This document shows positions 28,820-37,145 of a DNA stretch of 64,000 nucleotides, in pieces. Under the pieces are notes generated by a model. It was not told the origin of the DNA and did not search any database. It saw only the letters and a list, made by a program, of their open reading frames with translations. The position numbers and the translations under genes were made by a program. Numbering within the stretch: position 1 is the first letter of the stretch; each line of letters begins with the position of its first letter. The stretch is from NCBI RefSeq assembly GCF_054482525.1, contig NZ_CM137006.1; one strand, given 5' to 3'.

Positions 28820-29137
28820 ATGTCTAATTATGGTCTTTTTGTAAAAGGTAAAATGCTTGGTGCTCGCCAGCGTAATAAGGTCAATGGTCAGGGATACTAT
28901 AATGAAATTGGTATTGGCTTAGAGATCCCTGATGGTTTTGGCGGCACTAAGCAAGACCAGATTATTATTCGTGTTTCTCAGGCTCTTGTTAATGCCGGTG
29001 TAATGAATCAGGCAAATAATCTTATCGGTAAGTTAGTCCAGATACCTGTATATGTTCGTGTCTGGTCAATGGAAGGTAGAGAAGGAGTAACTTATAATAT
29101 TTCATCTGACGGTGGAATCACTGAAATAAAAGGTTAA
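28820..29137 (+). CDS. gV: Putative ssDNA-binding protein gV analogue (copy 4)
   Basis: Repeat at +26229. Confidence 0.55.
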   Translation: MSNYGLFVKGKMLGARQRNKVNGQGYYNEIGIGLEIPDGFGGTKQDQIIIRVSQALVNAGVMNQANNLIGKLVQIPVYVRVWSMEGREGVTYNISSDGGITEIKG

Positions 29138-29139
29138 AT

Positions 29140-29226
29140 ATGGCTGATGTTATACAAATATTAATAGCGTCAGGCATTGTTATCTCTTTTGGCCTCGGCG
29201 CAATTACTGCGGGGGTTTTTCGTTAA
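29140..29226 (+). CDS. gVII: gVII analogue (copy 4)
   Basis: Repeat at +26229. Confidence 0.5.
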   Translation: MADVIQILIASGIVISFGLGAITAGVFR

Positions 29227-29321
29227 TGTATATAGCTTATTTCTTCGGGGCTTATACCTTTGGTTTTGCCCTTTTCTACGCGGTCGGTTCATTTAAATCA
29301 TTTTCTGACCGATTAATGTAA
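29226..29321 (+). CDS. gIX: gIX analogue (copy 4)
   Basis: Repeat at +26229. Confidence 0.45.
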   Translation: MYIAYFFGAYTFGFALFYAVGSFKSFSDRLM

Positions 29322-29345
29322 TGTAACTTTAATGGAGTTATTTAT

Positions 29346-29588
29346 ATGAAAGTTTTGTCTTTTGTTAAATCTAAAATTGCAGTAGCTTCAACAGCGCTTT
29401 TTGTTTCTGCGAGTTCTTTTGCGGCAGCTGAGTCTACAGGCGGGACTGATTATGCAGGTCAGGCAATGGATGCATTACTGACTCAGGCAAATGATCTTAT
29501 TGGTAAAGTATGGCCTGTCGTTGTTGCTGTGGTTGGTGCTGGCCTTGCCATTCGTATTTTTAAAAAATTCGCTTCTAAAGCAGTTTAA
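29346..29588 (+). CDS. gVIII: Major coat protein precursor (copy 4)
   Basis: Repeat at +26229. Confidence 0.85.
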   Translation: MKVLSFVKSKIAVASTALFVSASSFAAAESTGGTDYAGQAMDALLTQANDLIGKVWPVVVAVVGAGLAIRIFKKFASKAV

Positions 29589-29634
29589 AATTCACTCAGG
29601 GGCATTTGTTGCCCCTTTATTAAATTGGGTTATT

Positions 29635-30879
29635 ATGAAAAGGAAAATATTAATTACTTTCTCTATTTTTATTTCTTCTTTTTCATATGCTGATTCATGG
29701 GAAAGCATTACTAAATCTACTTTTCAAAGCTCTGCATATGCTGAAAGTAAGCAAATAACCAACCAAGATGGTACTAAACAAACTGTTTATTATATTGATG
29801 CAACCATGCAGGCTTCTTCCTGTCAGGGAGCTAAAGACAGTGCTCAGGTTGTTTTTAATCAGGTTAAACCAACTTATGAGGGAATGTGGCCTAACTCTGA
29901 ATTCCGTCTTGTATTTTCTGACGCTTGTACTTACAGCGACTCTCCAGGCCAGAAAGATAAATACTGGACTTTAACTGCTTATATTATAGGTGATATTCAA
30001 CGATCTATTCCTGATGAAAAACCTTCCGAGCCTACGCCTGAAGAGATTTGTGAAGCTAAACCCCCCGAAGAAGGTGTATTCAATAATGTCTATTCTTATG
30101 ACGGTGATCGTTATATTTATTATAACGGTTGTGAATATGAGGCCACTGGCGTCATTGTTTGCCAGAGTGATAGCACTGTTTGTGCTGCGACATGGAAGCC
30201 TACCGGAACTGTAGCCGCACCTTCAGATAAGCCTTCTTCTCCTGTTGGCGATGGCGGTGATACTGGAGGCGGGGATACGGGTGATGGTGATACCGGTGGA
30301 GGTGATACAGGCGGTGGTAACCCAAGTGGCAGTTCTGGCGGTGGTAATGGCTCAAGTATCACCAAAGGAGATATTCAGTCAGCTATCGAAGGTGCTTCAC
30401 CTAAAATTGCCAGTGAGATTCATGATAAGTTAACAGAAAAAGATACCTCATCTGATGATAAAAAGTCGGCTGATGAACAGACTAAAAATAATATAAATCG
30501 TCTTGTTGACTCTATAAATAACCTTACTCGCGGAGCCGGACGTTTTGCTGATCCTTCTGGCGGCGATTCCCGTTATGGGGAGGGGGGGTCTGAATTAGAT
30601 AGCGCTTCCACTTTAGCTGAATCTGAATTAGGAATTGCAAAGGATTCTCATGGTGCGTTATGGGAGGCTTTCTTAAATAAAGGTGCTATGTTGCCCAATT
30701 TACCTAATGGTAATGGTTGTTCTGATTTTATTATTTTCCCCGGAGAGGTTTATCAGATCGATATTGGCTGCGATAAATTACTGACTATTAAAAATGCTCT
30801 TTCATGGGTTTTTTATTGCCTTACGTTCTGGTATGTATTTACTTCTTTAACTTCATTGCTTCGTAAAGGTGGTGAGTGA
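29635..30879 (+). CDS. gIII: Adsorption protein pIII (copy 4)
   Basis: Repeat at +26229. Confidence 0.8.
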   Translation: MKRKILITFSIFISSFSYADSWESITKSTFQSSAYAESKQITNQDGTKQTVYYIDATMQASSCQGAKDSAQVVFNQVKPTYEGMWPNSEFRLVFSDACTYSDSPGQKDKYWTLTAYIIGDIQRSIPDEKPSEPTPEEICEAKPPEEGVFNNVYSYDGDRYIYYNGCEYEATGVIVCQSDSTVCAATWKPTGTVAAPSDKPSSPVGDGGDTGGGDTGDGDTGGGDTGGGNPSGSSGGGNGSSITKGDIQSAIEGASPKIASEIHDKLTEKDTSSDDKKSADEQTKNNINRLVDSINNLTRGAGRFADPSGGDSRYGEGGSELDSASTLAESELGIAKDSHGALWEAFLNKGAMLPNLPNGNGCSDFIIFPGEVYQIDIGCDKLLTIKNALSWVFYCLTFWYVFTSLTSLLRKGGE

Positions 30880-31220
30880 TGCCTTTATTATTAGGTATTC
30901 CTGCATTGTTGCGTTTTCTTATTGGTCTTGTTCCTTTACTTATTGGCTATGCGGCAAGTTTTTTAGCTCGGCTTGCAACCAAAACAGGTTTAATAGCGGT
31001 TGCATTGGTTGCGCTAATTACAACAACTGTTACGCTTTTAATGCAGTACCTTGCTGAGGTCATGTATATCGGGTTACCCGCTGATTTTTCACATCTAATG
31101 GCGTCTGTACTGCCTGACCATTTTCAGGCGTGTGTTAACGTTATTATGGTTACTCGTATCAGTGTTTTTGTTTTCGATTTAAAACAAAAATTTCTTGATT
31201 ATGCAAACAGGGTGATTTAA
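30876..31220 (+). CDS. gVI: Minor coat protein pVI (copy 4)
   Basis: Repeat at +26229. Confidence 0.8.
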   Translation: MMPLLLGIPALLRFLIGLVPLLIGYAASFLARLATKTGLIAVALVALITTTVTLLMQYLAEVMYIGLPADFSHLMASVLPDHFQACVNVIMVTRISVFVFDLKQKFLDYANRVI

Positions 31221-32315
31221 ATGGCGGTTCATGTAGTAACAGGCAAATTAGGCTCAGGCAAGACACTGGTTAGTGTTTCCAGAATACAGGAAAGACTGGC
31301 TAAGGGTTGTCCTGTTGCCACTAATCTTGATCTTAAATTGCATAATATGCCTATGGTTGGGCGTTATGCTAAAAAAACGCGCGTTATTCGTGTTCCTGAT
31401 AAGCCTTCATTAAATGATTTACTGGCTATTGGTATTGGAAATACATCTTACGATGAATCCCGCAATGGCCTTTTAGTGCTTGATGAATGTGGTACTTGGT
31501 TTAATTCCCGTTCATGGGGTGATAAAGACAGACAACCTGTTATTGACTGGTTTTTACATGCCCGTAAATTAGGTTGGGATATTATTTTTTTGATTCAGGA
31601 TATTTCGATAATGGATAAGCAAGCTCGTCTGGCACTTGCTGAACATGTTGTTTATTGTCGCCGTTCAGATAAATTAAACATTCCTTTTATTGGCTCTATT
31701 ATAAATTTAGTTTCAGGAGCGCGATTTTCTTTACCAAAGGTACACTTTGGTATTGTTAAATATGGTGATAACGTTAATTCAATTACTGTTGATAAATGGA
31801 TATACACCGGAAAATCATTATATTCCGCCTACAATACAAAACAGGTTTTTACTGATAACTATCCGCATGGTGCTTATTCTCTTTTACCGCCATTTATTAC
31901 ACATGGCCAGTTTTCTGTTCACAAAGGACTTAATTATTATATGCGCCTCACGAAAATTTATTTCCGAAAATCAAACCGATTAATATTAATGCTTTCATTT
32001 TTTGCCTTTGGGCTTGGGCTTGGCTTCTGGCTACAATCTGGTAAGAATGCCGATGAAATTTCGGCTATTAAATCAGTTCATGCTGAACAGGTGAGGGCGG
32101 TAACACCTGACAGTACCAGCGATTTACCGAGACTTTCTATTGATTCTTTCTCTCAGCTTGGTTTTGATGTTTCTGTTACGTTTGTTGACGCTAAGGGTAT
32201 GAAGTACCAGTATTTTGATTTAATTAAAGATGGTTATTCCGTTGATATTAAAGATGCCTGCCGAATTGTTATCAGAAAAGGCCATTATTTACAAAGCGTC
32301 ACCTGTCAGGAGTAA
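31221..32315 (+). CDS. gI: Assembly ATPase pI (copy 4)
   Basis: Repeat at +26229; nested pXI-like restart at 31941. Confidence 0.9.
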   Translation: MAVHVVTGKLGSGKTLVSVSRIQERLAKGCPVATNLDLKLHNMPMVGRYAKKTRVIRVPDKPSLNDLLAIGIGNTSYDESRNGLLVLDECGTWFNSRSWGDKDRQPVIDWFLHARKLGWDIIFLIQDISIMDKQARLALAEHVVYCRRSDKLNIPFIGSIINLVSGARFSLPKVHFGIVKYGDNVNSITVDKWIYTGKSLYSAYNTKQVFTDNYPHGAYSLLPPFITHGQFSVHKGLNYYMRLTKIYFRKSNRLILMLSFFAFGLGLGFWLQSGKNADEISAIKSVHAEQVRAVTPDSTSDLPRLSIDSFSQLGFDVSVTFVDAKGMKYQYFDLIKDGYSVDIKDACRIVIRKGHYLQSVTCQE

Positions 32316-32322
32316 TATTACT

Positions 32323-33588
32323 ATGCGTTTATTTTGCATTGCCATCTTATTCATTTATTCTTTTTGTGTTTCTGCTGAAACTGTTAATCTTAATAATTCA
32401 TCCGTTCGTTCATTTGTCCAGTGGTATTCATCAAAAACTGGTAAGCCTGTTATTGTTAACCCCGATGTTAAAGGCTCCGTAACAGTATTTAATGCTGATG
32501 TTAATCCCACAAATATTGATGACTTTTTCAAATCTGTTCTGAATGCTAATGGATTTGTCATGCTTTCTGGTAATCCTGCGGTAGTATCTTTGCCGTCAAA
32601 ATTACCGTCACAGATGGCATCAGACCCTGATGATTCCGATAATCAGTCTTATGACTCTTTTCCGCCAGAGCCATCCTGTCAGCCAGCGCCTGTGGCGCTC
32701 ACTGTCAGAAATTTTAAGCTGACAAAAGTACGAGCGTCTGATGTTCAGCAACTGGTTAAAATTTATCTGGATTCGAATGGCGGGGGTAATGTCGTGGATT
32801 ATCCCGGCAATAACTCCCTGATTGTATCTGCGCCTGACGAGCTACTGCCTGTTCTGTCCAATTTCATTAACTCAGTTGATGTTGCCCGTGATCAGGTACT
32901 CATTCAATCGCTCATGTTTGAAACCAGTTTGTCTGATGGTGTTGATTTGTCATTTGCAGCTGGCTCTGCATCCGGCCATAAGGTGGCGGGGGGTTTTAAT
33001 ACTTCTGCGCTGGGTAATGCTCTTTCTACGGTGGGCGGCTCTTTTGGTATTTTTGATGGTAACGTGTTGGCGCTGTCTCTGCGTGCTGTCCAGAGTAATT
33101 CACGCTCTAAGGTGATTTCAACACCGCGCATTCTTACTCAGTCCGGTCAGACTGGTTATATTTCCGTAGGTAAGAATGTGCCGTTTATCACAGGAAAGGT
33201 AACGGGTGAATCTGCTGGGGTAAATAATCCGTTTCAGACTATCGAACGTCATGATGTTGGCGTTTCTCTCAAGGTAACGCCTGTTGTCATGGGGAACGGG
33301 CAATTAGTTTTGACCATCGATACCCGCGCCGATTCAATCAGCAATGATGACCAAGCATCTGATATTATTACTAATCAGCGCCAGATTCAGACCACTGTTC
33401 AGATTAAGGATGGCCAGACTCTCTTACTTGGTGGGTTGATTGATTCATCATCCAGCAATGCTGACCGTTCTGTACCATTTATCAGCAAAATTCCGGTAAT
33501 TGGCTGGCTTTTCAGGAGTAAAGCTGACAGTAATGAGCAACGCATTATGTATGTCCTGCTGACTGCTCATATTATTCGTGCGCTTTGA
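32323..33588 (+). CDS. gIV: Secretin pIV (copy 4)
   Basis: Repeat at +26229. Confidence 0.9.
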   Translation: MRLFCIAILFIYSFCVSAETVNLNNSSVRSFVQWYSSKTGKPVIVNPDVKGSVTVFNADVNPTNIDDFFKSVLNANGFVMLSGNPAVVSLPSKLPSQMASDPDDSDNQSYDSFPPEPSCQPAPVALTVRNFKLTKVRASDVQQLVKIYLDSNGGGNVVDYPGNNSLIVSAPDELLPVLSNFINSVDVARDQVLIQSLMFETSLSDGVDLSFAAGSASGHKVAGGFNTSALGNALSTVGGSFGIFDGNVLALSLRAVQSNSRSKVISTPRILTQSGQTGYISVGKNVPFITGKVTGESAGVNNPFQTIERHDVGVSLKVTPVVMGNGQLVLTIDTRADSISNDDQASDIITNQRQIQTTVQIKDGQTLLLGGLIDSSSSNADRSVPFISKIPVIGWLFRSKADSNEQRIMYVLLTAHIIRAL

Positions 33589-34135
33589 TGGGGCCGTGGC
33601 GGGTGCGTTAAGCCCCGGTATGGCCCCATCAAGAGCCAGATTTTACGTCTCACCACGGAGCCTCTATATGGCCTTAAAACTGACAGGATATGAACAGAAA
33701 AACATCTTCTAGGTGATTCAATTACTTAGAGGTTTTTATGTCTGTAAAAAGTAGGGGCGCGATCGACTTCCTGGTGGTCGCCTGAAGTCTTACCGTCGTG
33801 TTGGTTCACATTTTACCAGTTGTTCCAAGTGGTTTGATAAATCACCGTCCTGGTATCGCAATATGATGATGACCCGGCCAGAGCGCCGTGAAGTCAGAAA
33901 GCTTCTCAATCAGGTTGTACGTGGCCGTGACGCTGACGGCATCGCATTTCCGGTCAGCAACAAGCCATTTGCATGGCGGTGGTGAACATTTTTAGCCGCT
34001 AAAACTTCATGCTGACGGAATTATCGAAAACCCCGTACAGCAACAAAACTTGTTTTTGTTGCTGTACGGGGTTGGCCAAGCCGCAACAGTACTCTATTTT
34101 TCTTTGGAGTTAATTGCGGCGCGGCTAGGGATGTA

Positions 34136-34381
34136 TCAGACTTTAATCTTAACTACTTTTTCAGTGCCGGTCATAAAACTAACCAGCTTCTTGCGGCCAT
34201 CGGGATACTCTTTAATGACACATCCTTCTGGCGTATTTTTTTCAGCGTAATAAATAGGGACGCCACTAAGAAGACAGGCTCGGGCTGCTTCACCGACATC
34301 ATGTTCTAGTTGCTGCTCGAAAACAGTCAAGAACTCTGCTTCCTCTGATGGTGTCATTTCAGCTAAATATGATAAGTCCAT
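34136..34381 (-). CDS. orf81 hypothetical accessory protein (copy 4)
   Basis: Repeat at +26229. Confidence 0.45.
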   Translation of the reverse strand: MDLSYLAEMTPSEEAEFLTVFEQQLEHDVGEAARACLLSGVPIYYAEKNTPEGCVIKEYPDGRKKLVSFMTGTEKVVKIKV

Positions 34382-34583
34382 AAATGCTCATGCCTTCTGT
34401 AATTCATTGCTTAGTAACAATGATGAACAGGCCTGATTGGTGAGGTCAGGCTGTTCACTTACTGCTGACAGACATTTGATTCTGATTCGTTTGGAGAAAC
34501 GGATGATTTTGAATCATTGTCGATAGTAACCAGTTGACGGCCAGTGTCAACGATCCCCGCCAGATTCTGCCATCCTTACCATT

Positions 34584-34611
34584 GGTGCGCATAATGTATA
34601 TTATGTTAAAT
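34584..34611 (+). other. dif: Chromosomal dif site (XerC arm, 6-bp central region, XerD arm)
   Basis: Exact 28-mer GGTGCGCATAATGTATATTATGTTAAAT, the canonical E. coli dif as recalled; phage sequence ends within or next to the central region. Confidence 0.93.
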
Positions 34612-34779
34612 GGAATTTGAGTGATGCGAAGCGATTTTCCAGTCGTCGTTATTACTTCAGGGTTCCAGAACATAAAGCCTCTCCTCTTTCATGATTGGCC
34701 TGTGCATACCGGATATAGGCTGGCAGGTTTGCCGTTTGCCGCATCTTCCCTGCGTTGAAGAGTCAGGCTGGCAAACTGC

Positions 34780-35034
34780 GTGCAAATGAACACCCCCTCT
34801 TTCTATCAACACTTCAGACAGCTTGCGGGAATGAGTTCACTCCGGTATCAGAAATGGCTACGCCTCAATGAAGCCAGGCGACTGATGCTGAATGAACATT
34901 ACGATGTCACCACTGCAGCCTATGCTGTCGGTTACGAAAGCTTATCCCATTTCAGTCGGGAATATTCGCGGATATTTGGAGAGTCACCTAAGAGAGATAT
35001 TACTAAATTAAGAAAGCCTCTTGGTCAGCTTTAA
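34780..35034 (+). pseudogene. yneL: AraC-family HTH C-terminal fragment (yneL-like remnant)
   Basis: 84-aa ORF matching only the C-terminal HTH-containing part of AraC/XylS regulators; position next to dif matches the K-12 yneL pseudogene as recalled. Confidence 0.55.
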
Positions 35035-35467
35035 TAAACCCTGCACTTATCTGGTTAGAGCATTTCGGCATTAGTTTCACTATGCAAACATTAACCATAG
35101 CTAATGATTTATAGCCATATAAACCATTAGTCGCTCTTGACTTTTCCTGACACTTCCCTTGTTCGCAATAATATTCTGTTTAGTCGCTGTTTATAAATAT
35201 CATGCATAATGAAATCGTCATGTTATTTAGCGACATAAAATGTCTTTGCAAATACTCTCTACAACAAGTGCTGCAATAAACTTGTTGTGATTAGGTGTCC
35301 TTGTAATTTAAAGATATTATCGTTCTTCGTGAAATGTAATAACCCTGGAAACTATATTCTCAGGGCAACAACCAATTAAGAATGATTCTTGTTTTATAAG
35401 CAATAACAGAATGACTTAATTGTTAACTCTCTTTATTCAGCTACTTAAATATAAATTTTGGAGAATT

Positions 35468-36031
35468 ATGAAACTCAAACATGTCGGTATGATTGTCGTT
35501 TCTGTGTTGGCGATGTCGTCTGCTGCGGTAAGCGCAGCCGAGGGTGATGAATCAGTAACGACCACTGTTAATGGCGGTGTTATTCATTTTAAAGGTGAAG
35601 TGGTAAATGCCGCTTGTGCGATTGATTCAGAATCAATGAACCAAACGGTTGAGCTGGGTCAGGTTCGTTCTTCTCGCCTGGCAAAAGCGGGTGACCTCAG
35701 CTCTGCCGTTGGCTTCAATATCAAGCTGAATGATTGTGATACCAATGTTTCCAGTAATGCAGCTGTTGCATTCCTGGGTACTACTGTCACCAGTAATGAC
35801 GATACCTTAGCGCTGCAGAGTTCAGCGGCAGGCTCTGCCCAAAATGTCGGTATTCAAATTTTGGACCGTACGGGGGAGGTATTAATACTTGATGGTGCCA
35901 CTTTTAGCGCTAAAACCGACTTGATTGATGGCACGAATATACTGCCATTCCAGGCTCGTTATATTGCTCTCGGGCAGTCAGTAGCTGGTACTGCAAACGC
36001 TGATGCGACCTTCAAAGTTCAATATCTATAA
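35468..36031 (+). CDS. Fimbrial major subunit (FimA-like), F9-type chaperone-usher operon
   Basis: 187 aa from the ATG with GGAG Shine-Dalgarno; signal peptide ending AVSAAEG; type 1 fimbrial subunit features (Cys pair, C-terminal beta-strand ending FKVQYL). Confidence 0.85.
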   Translation: MKLKHVGMIVVSVLAMSSAAVSAAEGDESVTTTVNGGVIHFKGEVVNAACAIDSESMNQTVELGQVRSSRLAKAGDLSSAVGFNIKLNDCDTNVSSNAAVAFLGTTVTSNDDTLALQSSAAGSAQNVGIQILDRTGEVLILDGATFSAKTDLIDGTNILPFQARYIALGQSVAGTANADATFKVQYL

Positions 36032-36384
36032 TTCAATCTTAAGATGGCTATACGTCATCTGAAATTGAAACAGGGTGTGTGTTGCATGGCTACGCACACC
36101 CGAGCAATTCACCAATGTTCATCTCATTATTAATGAGGAATAGTTTGTGTTTTGGAGCGGTATGAAAAAATCACATAATATCTAAACGATCAATAAACAA
36201 CAGTAGTTAAACTTACTGTTATTTAAAATATTTACTTTGTAGCAAGGTTTTCCTATTAAAAGAGAACCAACATTTATTACAAACGCATTAAGTCTGGAAA
36301 CCCGGCGAGTCGCCAATGTATTAGCAACATTTACCGATTGTCTGATGTAACGGTTTCCCCGCTTATCCTCTTAACACATGGAGA

Positions 36385-37104
36385 ATGCATCAGATGCAAA
36401 CTACGCGTACCCCCTACTCTATTTCCTTTATGGCGACAGTGTTACTTTTATTGCTCTTTGCTTGCCATAGCACCGTTGCCAACGCAGCTGTCGCACTGGG
36501 TGCGACGCGGGTAATTTATCCGGCAAACCAGAAACAGGTTTTATTGCCTGTCACGAATAATGATCCTGCCAGTGTCTATCTCATTCAGTCATGGATAGAA
36601 AATGCAGGTGACCAAAAAGACACCCAGTTTGTCATTACGCCACCGCTTTTTTCCATGCAAGGTAAAAAAGAGAATACGCTGCGGATAATCAACGCCACTA
36701 ATCATCAGTTACCAGGCGACCGTGAAAGCCTGTTCTGGGTTAATGTCAAAGCTATTCCTGCTATGGAAAAAGACCAGAAGAATGAGAATACATTACAGCT
36801 GGCAATTATTAGCCGCATAAAAATGTTTTATCGCCCCACGAACCTGGCAATGGCACCTGAAGAAGCGCCTGCAATGCTTCGGTTTCGTCGCAGCGGTAGC
36901 AAACTTACTCTTATTAATCCAACGCCCTACTTCATTACCGTAACAAATATGAAAGCAGGAAATAGCAATCTCCCAAATACCATGGTGCCGCCAAAAGGTG
37001 ATGTATCGGTGGATATCCCGCATGCTGCAACCGGGGATATCAGTTTTCAGACGATCAATGATTACGGTGCATTAACTCCGCGTATTAAGGCAACCATGCA
37101 GTAA
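36385..37104 (+). CDS. Periplasmic fimbrial chaperone (PapD/FimC-like)
   Basis: 239-aa ORF with signal peptide and chaperone N-domain motifs; start may be a downstream in-frame ATG (36394 or 36430). Confidence 0.8.
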   Translation: MHQMQTTRTPYSISFMATVLLLLLFACHSTVANAAVALGATRVIYPANQKQVLLPVTNNDPASVYLIQSWIENAGDQKDTQFVITPPLFSMQGKKENTLRIINATNHQLPGDRESLFWVNVKAIPAMEKDQKNENTLQLAIISRIKMFYRPTNLAMAPEEAPAMLRFRRSGSKLTLINPTPYFITVTNMKAGNSNLPNTMVPPKGDVSVDIPHAATGDISFQTINDYGALTPRIKATMQ

Positions 37105-37145
37105 ACCAGTGACCTAATTAATAATAAACTCAATCGGAATTAATA

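Larger units (their letters stand above)
1..34594 (+). repeat. Head-to-tail tandem array of an 8,743-bp unit (3 complete copies plus 1 copy truncated by the window start)
   Basis: Every ORF in the six-frame track recurs at +8743, +17486 and +26229 with identical translation; junction motif ggtgcgcataatgtgctacacgttatgttgaaa recurs at 8355, 17098, 25841. Confidence 0.97.
25852..34594 (+). mobile_element. Filamentous prophage, array copy 4 (complete unit), abutting chromosomal dif
   Basis: Exact repeat at offset +26229; right end merges into canonical dif at 34584-34611. Confidence 0.9.

Noticed and set aside
1-34594. Alternative readings of the 8.7-kb periodicity (CRISPR array, IS-mediated duplication, rRNA operon repeats)
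   Set aside because: Period is far too long for CRISPR; no transposase or inverted terminal repeats; the unit encodes a complete inovirus genome bounded by dif-like sites. Assembly artefact cannot be excluded from sequence alone and is flagged in the findings.
34455-34673. 72-aa minus-strand ORF spanning the dif site
   Set aside because: Crosses the phage-chromosome junction and the recombination site; chimeric chance ORF.
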